Assembly: GCA_021730165.1 (NCBI GenBank)
Contig: CP072535.1
Span: forward strand, 511,798-575,797
Direction of reading: 5' to 3'
Source: Candidatus Vesicomyidisocius sp. Pext_18_S21
Lineage (GTDB): Bacteria > Pseudomonadota > Gammaproteobacteria > PS1 > Pseudothioglobaceae
DNA length: 64,000 bases
The number at the start of each line of letters is the position of its first letter. Position 1 is the stretch's first letter. Shown one piece after another: positions 20,588 to 31,949 of this stretch. Made by a program: the position numbers and the translations under genes. Below the pieces are notes generated by a model that saw only the letters and a program-made list of their open reading frames with translations, did no database searches and was not told where the DNA came from.

Positions 20588-22879
20588 ATGAGAAAAATCA
20601 TTACCAAGCTTATCCTAGTAGCAAGTATCTTGGTCTATTCGATTGCATCAGCAACATCTATCAAAAGTATTGAAATTTTAGGGCTTAGAGTTATTTCTAG
20701 AAGTGCTGTTTTAAGTTATCTTCCAGTTAAAATAGGTGATGATTATAATAGCCAAGTATCAAATCAAATTATTCGCTCCTTGTACAAAACTAATTTTTTT
20801 AAAGACATTGAAGTTTCTCAAGAAGCTGAAATTTTAAAAATTAAACTAACAGAGAATCCACATATTAAATATATTAATATAACTAACCATTCAAATAAAG
20901 TAATTGAAGAAAAAACATTAAATAAAATTTTAAAAAATATGGGATTTTCTCAAGGCAAGATTTTTAATAAAAGACAACTTGATAAATTAATAAACCAGTT
21001 AAAAGATACATACATATCAAAGGGATATTATGGTATCACCATTGACAGAGATATTGACATTGATGCACAAAATAGAGTAAGTATTAAGCTTGATATTAAT
21101 GAAGGTAAAGTAGCAAAAATTAGTTCCATGAAAATTATTGGTAATCATGTTTTTAATGAAAGCTATTTATTAAATTTATTTGAAATTGGTCAGTCTGATT
21201 TTTTTATTATCAATTTTTTTACTGAAAAAAATCATCACTCTAAAATAGCGTTAGATGCTGGTATTGAATCTATGAAATTATTATATACTAATGCTGGATA
21301 TTTTAATTTTAAAATTGATAGAATCAAAACAAATTTATCAAAAAATAAACAAAATATTGACATTAATATTCAAATTAGTGAAGGTTCTAAATATAAAATT
21401 GGCACCATACAGTTTACAGGTAATTTGCTTAGTCACTCCATTGAAAAACTTAGGAAATTATTAAGTTTTAAAAAAACTGAAATATTTAACCACAAAAAAA
21501 TGATGCAGGGATTACAAAATATCAATAATGTATTTACTAACCAAGGCTATGCTTTTTCTGATATCAAAGTTGAAATATCAGAAAACACAAGCACACATAC
21601 CATTGATCTAAATATTGACATAATCCCAAATAAAAAAGTTTATATTAACCGTATCACTATTATCGGTAACACCCGTACTAAAGATGAGGTTATTCGTCGT
21701 GAAATTGGTATTTATGAGGGTAGCTTATACTCTAGTACAGAGCTTAATGAATCTATTAAAAAGATCAAACGTTTAGGCTTCTTCTCTGAAGTAAAAATCC
21801 AAGTCTCAAAACTTAAAGACATTGAAGATAAAATTAACCTATATTTTAGCGTTGTAGAAACTCAAACTGGTACTTTTTCAATTGGATTTTCACATTCCAA
21901 TAGCACAGGAGCGTCGCTTAATTTAGGCGTACAAGAAAGAAATTTTTTAGGTACAGGTAATGCATTAAATCTTTCCTTGTCTAATTCTAAAGCAACAAGA
22001 GATGTTAGTTTTTATTTTTCTAACCCATATTTCACTCAAGATAAACATAGTATTAGTTATGGCATATTTTCTAAAAAATTAGACGCATCTAAGCTGGAAT
22101 TAGATGAATATAAGATTGACGAAAATGGGTTAAGTTTAGGCTATAGTGTACCAATAACAAAAGCAACAAGAATTGGTGCTAACTTAAGAGCTTCAAAGCG
22201 TGATATTACTTGTGGATTGATCTTTTCTGACAACAATCACGAGCCAACTCAATGTGCTATAAAAGACAAAACTGAACTAAAATTAGGCTTGAATTGGAGC
22301 AATAACACACTCAATGACTTTAACTTTCCAACTAAAGGTCAGCAAAGTAATTTAAATTTTAGCTTAACTTTACCTATTGCAGATTTTCGTTATTATAAGT
22401 TAGATGCTTCTCATAAAAGCTACTACCCACTAAAAAATGATTTAACTTTCTCTTTAAGGGGTAGTCTCGGTTTTGCTCAAGGTTATGACGGTAAAGAATT
22501 TCCTTTTTTTAAACGTTACTATGGTGGTGGATCTTCATCAGTACGGGGTTTTGACTTTAACTCTTTAGGCGTAAAGTATTTAAATAGTGATAAAGCTAAG
22601 GGTGGTGAGCTTTCTTTCCTAACTAGCGTATCACTTATTTTACCAATAAAACTTATTGACAATAATAAAAACATGCGTATCAGTGCTTTTGTTGATTTAG
22701 GCGGTGTTAGCGAAAAAGCTTCCAATTTTGACTTAGAAGAATTACGCCTTTCAACAGGTATTGCATTCTCTTGGTTAACACCTATTGGCCCGTTAGGATT
22801 TTATGCTGCTAGACCATTAATTAAAAAATTAGGTGATAAGACTAAAACATTTAATTTTACATTAGGTACTAGTTTCTAA
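20588..22879 (+). CDS. bamA: outer-membrane protein assembly factor BamA
   Basis: ATG 20588 gives signal peptide MRKIITKLILVASILVYSIASA; the ORF track starts at an upstream in-frame codon, 20534. POTRA repeats are followed by an Omp85 barrel ending ..FNFTLGTSF. Confidence 0.93.
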   Translation: MRKIITKLILVASILVYSIASATSIKSIEILGLRVISRSAVLSYLPVKIGDDYNSQVSNQIIRSLYKTNFFKDIEVSQEAEILKIKLTENPHIKYINITNHSNKVIEEKTLNKILKNMGFSQGKIFNKRQLDKLINQLKDTYISKGYYGITIDRDIDIDAQNRVSIKLDINEGKVAKISSMKIIGNHVFNESYLLNLFEIGQSDFFIINFFTEKNHHSKIALDAGIESMKLLYTNAGYFNFKIDRIKTNLSKNKQNIDINIQISEGSKYKIGTIQFTGNLLSHSIEKLRKLLSFKKTEIFNHKKMMQGLQNINNVFTNQGYAFSDIKVEISENTSTHTIDLNIDIIPNKKVYINRITIIGNTRTKDEVIRREIGIYEGSLYSSTELNESIKKIKRLGFFSEVKIQVSKLKDIEDKINLYFSVVETQTGTFSIGFSHSNSTGASLNLGVQERNFLGTGNALNLSLSNSKATRDVSFYFSNPYFTQDKHSISYGIFSKKLDASKLELDEYKIDENGLSLGYSVPITKATRIGANLRASKRDITCGLIFSDNNHEPTQCAIKDKTELKLGLNWSNNTLNDFNFPTKGQQSNLNFSLTLPIADFRYYKLDASHKSYYPLKNDLTFSLRGSLGFAQGYDGKEFPFFKRYYGGGSSSVRGFDFNSLGVKYLNSDKAKGGELSFLTSVSLILPIKLIDNNKNMRISAFVDLGGVSEKASNFDLEELRLSTGIAFSWLTPIGPLGFYAARPLIKKLGDKTKTFNFTLGTSF

Positions 22880-22917
22880 AACCTAAATATAATTGTCTTT
22901 TTAGCTTAATTTTAATA

Positions 22918-23916
22918 ATGCATACACTAGGTGATATTGCTAAAACCATTAATGCTAAACTTGTAGGTGATTCTAATATTGAAATTACAGGCGTTGCTTC
23001 AAGTTTATATGCCAATCAAACACAACTAACTTATATTATTAATAGTAAATACAAACAAACATTAATTCACTCTAAAGCTGGTGTTGTTATTCTTAATAAA
23101 GATTTATTAATAAATTGTCCTACTAATGCTTTAGTAGTTGACAATGTTTATTTAGCATTTGCAAAAGCTACACATTTATTTAAAAAACAGACTGTATTTT
23201 ATCAGGGTATCCATCCAAGCGCCAAAATTAACAATGCAAAAATAGCGCCAAACTGTATTATTGGTAAAAATGTTGCTATTGGTAATCACTGCATAATTGC
23301 CTCAAATGTTGTTATTGAAGATAACGTCACTATTGGTAATTATGCTTTAATTCAACCAAATGTGAGTATTTTACAAGGATGTTCAATTGGTGATAATATT
23401 GTTATATCTCCTGGTGTAGTTATTGGCTCAGAAGGATTTGGTAATGCTCAAGACCAACAAAAACACTGGCATAGTATTGCGCACCTTGGTTATGTTGTTA
23501 TTGGTAACAATGTGAGTATTGGTGCGAATACAACTATTGATCGAGGTACGATTGAAGATACCCAAATTCACAATGGTGTGCGAATTGATAACTTAGTACA
23601 TATTGCGCATAATGTTATTATTGAACAGGACTCAGCTATTGCTGCTACAGTAACTATTGGAGGTAGTTGTACACTAGGAAAAAGATGTATGGTTGGTGGC
23701 GGTGCAACTATTACTAGTCATGTTAATTTAGCAGATGATATTATTATTACAGGTGCTAGTACTGTTGATAAAAATTTATCTGAACAAGGACGTTATACAG
23801 GTTTTACTTCTATCAGTAAACATCAAAAATGGAAGAAGATACAAGTATGGCTGTTAAATCTTGATAAAATCGTTCATTATTTAAATATTAAACTTAAGAA
23901 ATTAAAGGAAAAATAA
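22918..23916 (+). CDS. lpxD: UDP-3-O-acylglucosamine N-acyltransferase LpxD
   Basis: 332 aa with an LpxD N-domain plus hexapeptide beta-helix repeats. The bamA-lpxD-fabZ-lpxA order is conserved. Confidence 0.92.
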   Translation: MHTLGDIAKTINAKLVGDSNIEITGVASSLYANQTQLTYIINSKYKQTLIHSKAGVVILNKDLLINCPTNALVVDNVYLAFAKATHLFKKQTVFYQGIHPSAKINNAKIAPNCIIGKNVAIGNHCIIASNVVIEDNVTIGNYALIQPNVSILQGCSIGDNIVISPGVVIGSEGFGNAQDQQKHWHSIAHLGYVVIGNNVSIGANTTIDRGTIEDTQIHNGVRIDNLVHIAHNVIIEQDSAIAATVTIGGSCTLGKRCMVGGGATITSHVNLADDIIITGASTVDKNLSEQGRYTGFTSISKHQKWKKIQVWLLNLDKIVHYLNIKLKKLKEK

Positions 23917-23917
23917 C

Positions 23918-24361
23918 ATGGAAATGAATATTCAAGATGTCAAAAACTATCTACCCCATCGTTATCCTTTTTTACTTATTGATAGAGTTCTGGAGCTGGA
24001 AGTTGGCAAATCAATCGTGGCATTAAAAAATGTTACCTTTAATGAACCTCAATTTATTGGACACTTTCCAGATCAGCCAATTATGCCTGGTGTTATGATT
24101 GTTGAGGCTTTAGCACAAGCTACAGGTATTCTAGCTTTTAAAGCTGAAGTTAGCAAGCCGACTAATAGGCAGATATATATGCTTGTTGGTATTGATAAAG
24201 TTAGATTTAAACGTATGGTTGAACCTGGAGATCAATTACGTTTAGAGGTAGGAATTATAACAGTTAAACAGGGTATTTGGAAGTTTAAATGTAAAGCAAC
24301 TGTAGATAGTCAAACTATTACAAGTGCTGAGCTTATGTGTACTCAAAAAGCAACAGATTAA
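23918..24361 (+). CDS. fabZ: 3-hydroxyacyl-ACP dehydratase FabZ
   Basis: 147 aa with ..[13 protein letters not shown].. and ..[14 protein letters not shown].. Confidence 0.95.
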   Translation: MEMNIQDVKNYLPHRYPFLLIDRVLELEVGKSIVALKNVTFNEPQFIGHFPDQPIMPGVMIVEALAQATGILAFKAEVSKPTNRQIYMLVGIDKVRFKRMVEPGDQLRLEVGIITVKQGIWKFKCKATVDSQTITSAELMCTQKATD

Positions 24362-24387
24362 TTAAAATTTTTTTTAAGGAGCGTAAG

Positions 24388-25179
24388 ATGACGATAGATT
24401 CCAGTGCAATCGTTGATCCCAGTGCAAAAATTCATAAAAATGCTGAAATATATGCTTATGTCATTATTGGTGCTAATGTAGAAATTGACTCTGGCACAAT
24501 TGTTGAGGCGCATACCGTTATTCAAGGCCCAACCAGGATTGGAAAAAATAATCATATTTATTCTTTTGCCTCAATAGGTGGAGATCCACAAGATATTACT
24601 TATACAGATGGTCAAGAATCTAGTTTAATTATTGGGAATGATAATCTTATTCGTGAGTTTTGTACCATTAACCGTGGCACAGAAAAAGAAAACTCCATCA
24701 CTCGAGTAGGTTCTAATAATATGTTGATGGCTTATGTCCATATTGCACATGATTGCCAGGTAGGTAATCATATTATTATGTCTAATAATGCTTCTCTTGC
24801 AGGCCATGTTAGAATCTATGATTGGGCGATTTTAGGCGGTTTTACTCTGGCTAAACAATTCTGTATGATTGGAATGCATACTTATGTTGGCATGGGATGT
24901 CAAATTAACAAAGACATTCCTGCTTATATGGTCGCCTCTGGCGTACAAACCAGAGTTAGAAGTATTAATTCTGAAGGCATGAGACGACGAGGCTTTAGTC
25001 CTAACGCAATTGCTGCTATTAAACGTGCTTTTAAAGCAGTTTATCGTGAATCTGGATTATTAGATCAATCCCTTAAAAAATTAGAACAATCAGAATCTAA
25101 CCATCCAGAAGTGGTGCAATTTATTAACTGTATTCGTAATTCTAAAGTTGGTATTATGCGTGGACCAACTGAAGAGTAA
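24388..25179 (+). CDS. lpxA: UDP-N-acetylglucosamine O-acyltransferase LpxA
   Basis: ATG 24388 lies 6 nt after AAGGAG and gives MTIDSSAIVDPSAKIH.. There are hexapeptide repeats and a helical C-domain. The ORF-track start 24337 overlaps fabZ. Confidence 0.92.
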   Translation: MTIDSSAIVDPSAKIHKNAEIYAYVIIGANVEIDSGTIVEAHTVIQGPTRIGKNNHIYSFASIGGDPQDITYTDGQESSLIIGNDNLIREFCTINRGTEKENSITRVGSNNMLMAYVHIAHDCQVGNHIIMSNNASLAGHVRIYDWAILGGFTLAKQFCMIGMHTYVGMGCQINKDIPAYMVASGVQTRVRSINSEGMRRRGFSPNAIAAIKRAFKAVYRESGLLDQSLKKLEQSESNHPEVVQFINCIRNSKVGIMRGPTEE

Positions 25180-25196
25180 TACTCTAAGAGAGTTTT

Positions 25197-26723
25197 TTGG
25201 ATAAGTCTTTTTTAAAGTCTAGTGGCATTATCATTGCTATGACTTTTCTTTCACGAATACTAGGTTTAGTACGTGATTATTTTATTGCTCAATATTTTGG
25301 TGCTAATGATCTAACTGATGCTTTTTGGGTGGCTTTTAGAATTCCTAATTTTCTTAGACGTTTATTTGGAGAGGGCGCTTTTTCACAAGCTTTTATGCCT
25401 ATTTTAGCCGATGATAAAGCCAATAATACACAGAGTTCAGAATATTATTAATCATATTGCTACAAAATTACTTTTTGTGTTAATTGCAATTACACTCATT
25501 ACAGTTATTATTTCTCCTATTATTATCTTTATGTTTACTTGGGGGTTTTATTTTTCTCCTGACTTAATACAGTTTCATCTAGCATCAGATATGTTAAGAA
25601 TTACATTTACTTATTTAATATTCATCTCTTTAACAGCTCTTTCTGGTGCTATTTTAAATATTTATAATTATTTTGCAGTACCTGCATTTACACCAGTTTT
25701 ACTCAATATCTCTATGATTTTAAGTTCCATATATTTATCTAAACATATGAATACCCCTATTATGGCATTAGCATGAGGAGTATTTTTTGGTGGTGTTGCA
25801 CAACTTTTATTTCAAATACCTTTTTTAATCAAAATAAAAAAACTACCTAAATTAGCACTTGGTAATCATCAAGTAGTCGAAACTTTAAAAAAACATATGT
25901 TACCAGCTCTATTTAGCGTTTCAGTATCACAAATTAATTTATTACTTGATACCATGATTGCCTCACTTTTAGTTAGTGGTAGTATCTCGTGGCTATATTA
26001 TTCAGATAGACTATTAGAGTTACCTCTAGCACTTATTGGTATTACTTTAGCAACTGTCTCTTTGACAAAACTAAGTCAGCATTTTACTAATAAGAACCAT
26101 GAAAAATTTATACAAACAATTAATAATACTTTAACAATTGGATTGTTACTCGGGCTACCAGCGCCTGTGCTGGTTTAATGTTACTTGCTAAACCTTTAAT
26201 TATCACCTTATTTCAATACAATCAATTTGATGCATTTGATGCATTACAATCATCGCTTAGTCTAATGGCTTATGGCTCAGGATTGATGGCTTTTATTTTT
26301 GTTAAAATTTTAGCTTCTATCTTTTTATCCATAGGAGACACTAAAACACCAGTTAAGGTAGGTATTATTGCCATGATTTATAATATTGTCTTAAACATTA
26401 TTTTAGGTTTTTACTTTGCCCATGTGGGGTTAGCAATAGCTACTTCCATTTCTGCTTTAATCAATGCTAGTTTGTTATATTTTTATCTGAATAAACAATC
26501 TATCTTCAATATTTCTAAGAACTTATATCAAACTTTCTTTAAAGCTTTGGTTTCAAGCTTTATAATGGCCCTCTTTATTCTGATTTTTAAATCAGAAGCT
26601 GAAATCTATTTAAAAGCTAGTGTTAATTCAAGAATAATATTACTAGGAACAACTATTGTGCTTTCAAGCATTATATATATTTCCACCTTAAAATTGTTAA
26701 ACATAGGAGTACAAAAACAATGA
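25197..26723 (+). pseudogene. murJ: lipid II flippase MurJ/MviN, disrupted by two frameshifts and one in-frame TGA
   Basis: Four same-strand ORFs (25197-25451, 25411-25776, 25897-26178, 26178-26723) are colinear with full-length MurJ. Matching segments are ..FLSRILGLVRD.., ..GAFSQAFMPIL.., ..ALA[TGA]GVFFGGVAQL.., ..SVSVSQINL.., ..LFQYNQFDAFDAL.. and ..DTKTPVK.. ORFs 2 and 3 share a frame and are split only by the TGA at 25774-25776. Confidence 0.85.
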
Positions 26724-26989
26724 ATATTGTAAAATGTATTAAATTAAACCAAAAGCTTGAAGCTTTAGATAGAATACCTTATCCTGGAGAATTAGGTCAA
26801 AGAATATTGAATAATATATCTAAACAAGGCTGGAAACTTTGGCTTGAACATCAAACTATGTTAATCAATGAAAATAACTTAAATTTAATGGATTCAAACG
26901 CACAGAATTACCTTAAAAAGCAAATGGAAAAATTTTTCTTCTCAAAAGAAGGTGCAGATGATATAAAAGGTTATACTCCAGATGAATAA
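26720..26989 (+). CDS. yggX: Fe(2+)-trafficking protein YggX
   Basis: 89 aa with ..LDRIPYPGELGQRI..ISKQGWKLWLEHQTMLINE.. Confidence 0.88.
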   Translation: MNIVKCIKLNQKLEALDRIPYPGELGQRILNNISKQGWKLWLEHQTMLINENNLNLMDSNAQNYLKKQMEKFFFSKEGADDIKGYTPDE

Positions 26990-27593
26990 TGGAGTATTAT
27001 TTATTATTTCCGCCCCTTCAGGGTGTGGAAAGACTTCATTAGTTAAAGCTCTCATTAAAAAAGTTGAGAATTTATGTGTTTCAATTTCACATACTACTAG
27101 ACAACCACGTTCAGGTGAAATACAAGGTAAAAACTATTTTTTTGTTTCTAAAAACGAGTTTAATAAAATGAAAAGTAATAACAATTTTATTGAATCTACC
27201 CAAGTATTTGATAATAATTATGGCAGTGCTAAACAATCAGTTCAAGACTTATTAAATAGTGGATTTGATGTTATTTTAGAGATTGACTGGCAAGGTTTTA
27301 GACAGATTAAACAAACTTTTAGTCATTCAGTAGGAATCTTTATTCTCCCGCCTTCTAAAGTGGCATTAGAAGAACGTTTAACTAACAGAGGACAAGATGA
27401 TAAAGGCATCATTAATAGAAGAATGTATGATGCAGTAAGTGAGATGCAACACTTTAATGAATTTGATTATTTAGTTATTAACGATAACTTTGATATAGCT
27501 CTAAATAATCTATCAACAATTATATACGCTGAACGCTTAACGTTAGTACAACAATCACATAAATATCAAAATTTACTTAAGACATTAATATAA
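26982..27593 (+). CDS. gmk: guanylate kinase
   Basis: 203 aa with P-loop SAPSGCGKTS and ..ISHTTRQPRSGE.. Confidence 0.94.
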   Translation: MNNGVLFIISAPSGCGKTSLVKALIKKVENLCVSISHTTRQPRSGEIQGKNYFFVSKNEFNKMKSNNNFIESTQVFDNNYGSAKQSVQDLLNSGFDVILEIDWQGFRQIKQTFSHSVGIFILPPSKVALEERLTNRGQDDKGIINRRMYDAVSEMQHFNEFDYLVINDNFDIALNNLSTIIYAERLTLVQQSHKYQNLLKTLI

Positions 27594-27643
27594 CCTAGAA
27601 TACGAAACCCTACTAATATTTAATTAGTAGTTATTTAATTAAA

Positions 27644-28477
27644 ATGAATCAAGAATTTGCATTATCATCTACTCAAAAAACTTCAAGTTTAGAGGTTCAA
27701 AAATACCCACCTATTTTAAGCAGTAAGGAAGAACATGAATTAGCAGTTCAATTATATGAAAACCATAATTTAAGCGCAGCAAGAAAACTAGTATTGTCAC
27801 ATATGCGTTTTGTAGCTTTTATTGCTCATAGTTATAAAGGTTATGGCCTTGAACAAGCTGATCTTGTACAGGAAGGTACTATTGGATTAATGAAGGCGGT
27901 TAAACGTTTTAATCCACATAGAAATGTACGTCTTGCCTCATTTGCAGTGTATTGGATTCGTGCTGAAATTCATGAATTTATTTTCAAAAATTGGAAAATA
28001 GTTAAAGTTGCTACAACGAAAGCACAGCGTAAACTATTTTTTAAACTTAAACAAGCTAAAGCACATATTTATAATTCATTAAATGAAGAACAAGCAGATA
28101 AAATTGCTAAAGATTTGGGGGTACGCCGTAAAGATGTTTTAGAAATGGAATCACGTTTACAATTTAGTGATGTCACATTTGAAGTGTTTGATGAGGAGGA
28201 TTCTCATGCACCAGAACAATATTTAACCAATGAAAACGTTCAAACACCTGAACAATTATTGTTAACAGATGATTCAAAAAAAACTCAACAACAACGACTT
28301 TATAAAGCTTTATCATCGCTAGATGAAAGAAGTTTGGATATTTTACAATCAAGATACTTGAAAGAAGAAAAAACAACCCTATATACTTTAGCAGACAAGT
28401 ATAGCATTTCAAAAGAAAGAGTGCGTCAACTTGAGACTAAAGCCATGCAAAAGCTTAAATTAAACTTACAAGAGTAA
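27644..28477 (+). CDS. rpoH: RNA polymerase sigma-32 (heat-shock sigma factor)
   Basis: 277 aa with sigma-70 regions 2-4 and an RpoH-box-like ..TTKAQRKLFFKLKQAK.. Confidence 0.92.
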   Translation: MNQEFALSSTQKTSSLEVQKYPPILSSKEEHELAVQLYENHNLSAARKLVLSHMRFVAFIAHSYKGYGLEQADLVQEGTIGLMKAVKRFNPHRNVRLASFAVYWIRAEIHEFIFKNWKIVKVATTKAQRKLFFKLKQAKAHIYNSLNEEQADKIAKDLGVRRKDVLEMESRLQFSDVTFEVFDEEDSHAPEQYLTNENVQTPEQLLLTDDSKKTQQQRLYKALSSLDERSLDILQSRYLKEEKTTLYTLADKYSISKERVRQLETKAMQKLKLNLQE

Positions 28478-28543
28478 GCTTCTTTGTAAAATAAATTTAA
28501 ACTCATGCATCAAGCTTAAAAATTTTATTAACTAGGAGAAAAA

Positions 28544-28831
28544 ATGAATATTCGCCCCCTTCACGACCGTGTGGTCGTTCGTAGAGTAGAAGAAAAGAAA
28601 ACCACTTCCAGTGGTTTAATTATTCCTGATTCAGCAACTGAGAAGCCTTCAGAAGGTGTTGTTGTTGCAATAGGTAATGGTAAAAAAAATGACAATGGTG
28701 ATACCGTTGCATTAGACGTAACAATCGGCGATAAAGTATTATTTGCTCAATATGCTGGTACTGAAATTAAAGTAGATGGTAAAAAATTACTGATAATGAA
28801 AGAAGGCGATATTGTCGCAGTCATTAAATAA
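28544..28831 (+). CDS. groES: co-chaperonin GroES
   Basis: 95 aa beginning [14 protein letters not shown].., 12 nt upstream of groEL. Confidence 0.97.
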   Translation: MNIRPLHDRVVVRRVEEKKTTSSGLIIPDSATEKPSEGVVVAIGNGKKNDNGDTVALDVTIGDKVLFAQYAGTEIKVDGKKLLIMKEGDIVAVIK

Positions 28832-30487
<1,656 letters not shown>

Positions 30488-30496
30488 ATCAACATT

Positions 30497-30552
30497 TACA
30501 TCTATTATAAAAAAAGCCCCGTTTTTATGGGGCTTTTTTTATAATAGATGTA
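30497..30552 (+). terminator. intrinsic terminator after groEL; a perfect 24-bp hairpin that is symmetric and could act in both directions
   Basis: TACATCTATTATAAAAAAAGCCCC / loop GTTTTTAT / GGGGCTTTTTTTATAATAGATGTA. I checked all 24 pairs by hand. The GCCCC..GGGGC core is followed by T7 and preceded by A7. Confidence 0.8.
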
Positions 30553-30627
30553 ATCTCCTTATAGGGAGTAACATAGTTTAATAATTTAAATTATTAATTC
30601 TATATAAAAGATTTTAAAGGAGAATCA

Positions 30628-31869
30628 ATGCAACATAAATTAATTATTTTAATAATATCTTTTTTGGGATTACAAGTACAAGCAAATTTACAACCTTTCG
30701 TAAATTCAAAAACTAATATTATAATACCTTCTACTAAAATAAACAATATTTCATATTCAAACATTGATAATGTACCTTCAAAAGAATGTAGTATATGTCA
30801 TTATGATATTTATAAACAATGGACGAATTCAATGCATGCCAAAAGTACAGCATTAAAAGACCCTATTCATGGTCTTTTTTATAGTATGGTTGTAGGCAGT
30901 CCTAAAGTTGAAGGTATTAAAATAGGAAAGGATAAAGATAAATATCCAGTTTGTTTAGAATGTCATTCTCCTGCAGCAGCAAAAGAAAACAAAACAAAAC
31001 TGAATGCTAAAAACTCTTTCTCTGAAGGGGTTAATTGTATCGCTTGTCATTCTTTAACTAAATACAAAAAAATAAAGAATCAAAATAATAGAATAAAATT
31101 AGGAATAAAAGCTTATAAATACTCATCTGATCAAATACAAGGTCCTAATGGTACTAATAAAAAACATAAAAGATTTGGTGAAGGTGGGGTTTTAAATAAT
31201 CCTGGATTATTTAAAACCTCTAAGGCATGCCTAGGTTGTCATGATCAACGTAACAATTCTAAAAAAGTACCACTCTGTCAAACTGGTGGAGAAGTTATAT
31301 CTGCAGGAGGTTCTACTACTTGTCAGTCTTGTCATATGCCAGTAATTGAAGGTATTAGCAATCATACAATGATAGGTGGGCATTCTGTTGAAATGGTAAG
31401 TAAAGGTCTTGTCATGACAATTAATGCTAAAAAGGTTTCTGATATGTTGTATATTAGCGTAAATGCAACTAACTTATTACCTCATAATTTCCCAACAGGT
31501 GCACCATTTAGAAATTTTTATATTACTGTTACTGCACAAGATTATAATGATAACATCTTGTGGAAAAGTTCAAATACTCATCCTATGATAGATGATAAAA
31601 AAGCTATGTTTATGTATATAATTGGTAATGATAATAACAAACCAACATCTCCATCTAAAGCAACCAAAATTTTAGGAGATACTCGTTTAAAACCAAATGA
31701 AACTCGCATATTAAATTATAAAATTCCATCAAATAATGTTTCTATAATTACGGCAAAAGCTTATTATGATTTACTATTACTACCAATGAAAAATAAATTT
31801 AGCTCAAAATTACCTAAGAGTTTATTAGAGTCTAAAGAAATAGCAAAAGCTATCGTAGTTATTAGGTAG
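30628..31869 (+). CDS. periplasmic pentaheme c-type cytochrome, function unknown
   Basis: 413 aa with signal peptide MQHKLIILIISFLGLQVQA. Five CxxCH motifs lie at residues 54, 109, 137, 201 and 232 (CSICH, CLECH, CIACH, CLGCH, CQSCH). A ~175-aa heme-free C-domain follows (..LLPHNFPTGAPFRNFYITV..). AAAGGAG sits upstream of the ATG. Confidence 0.85.
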   Translation: MQHKLIILIISFLGLQVQANLQPFVNSKTNIIIPSTKINNISYSNIDNVPSKECSICHYDIYKQWTNSMHAKSTALKDPIHGLFYSMVVGSPKVEGIKIGKDKDKYPVCLECHSPAAAKENKTKLNAKNSFSEGVNCIACHSLTKYKKIKNQNNRIKLGIKAYKYSSDQIQGPNGTNKKHKRFGEGGVLNNPGLFKTSKACLGCHDQRNNSKKVPLCQTGGEVISAGGSTTCQSCHMPVIEGISNHTMIGGHSVEMVSKGLVMTINAKKVSDMLYISVNATNLLPHNFPTGAPFRNFYITVTAQDYNDNILWKSSNTHPMIDDKKAMFMYIIGNDNNKPTSPSKATKILGDTRLKPNETRILNYKIPSNNVSIITAKAYYDLLLLPMKNKFSSKLPKSLLESKEIAKAIVVIR

Positions 31870-31949
31870 TTTTTGCTAAAAAAGAAAAAATCCTCGTTTT
31901 TTCTAGTCTTTTTTGGTATGATACTTAAAAATTTTTTATATTCAAACAT

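Noticed and set aside
25774-25776. UGA reassigned to Trp (genetic code 4), suggested by the murJ TGA at a conserved Trp position and a second in-frame TGA in ihfB (58829-58831).
   Set aside because: TGA closes rsmA (16813-16815), metG (38597-38599), iscS (45198-45200), aroK (51156-51158) and lysS (61762-61764) at normal C-termini; for example, IscS ends ..VEWSAH. Trp is encoded by TGG throughout the intact ORFs. The ihfB TGA aligns with Arg/Thr, not Trp. murJ also has two frameshifts that recoding cannot repair.
27610-27630. Hairpin CTACTAAT-ATTTA-ATTAGTAG between gmk and rpoH as a terminator or thermosensor.
   Set aside because: It is an 8-bp, almost all-A/T stem with no U-tract. It is too weak to call, and sequences like this are expected by chance at this base composition.
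28478-28543. CIRCE/HrcA operator upstream of groES.
   Set aside because: There is no TTAGCACTC-N9-GAGTGCTAA-like inverted repeat. Heat-shock control here is more plausibly through sigma-32, given the adjacent rpoH.
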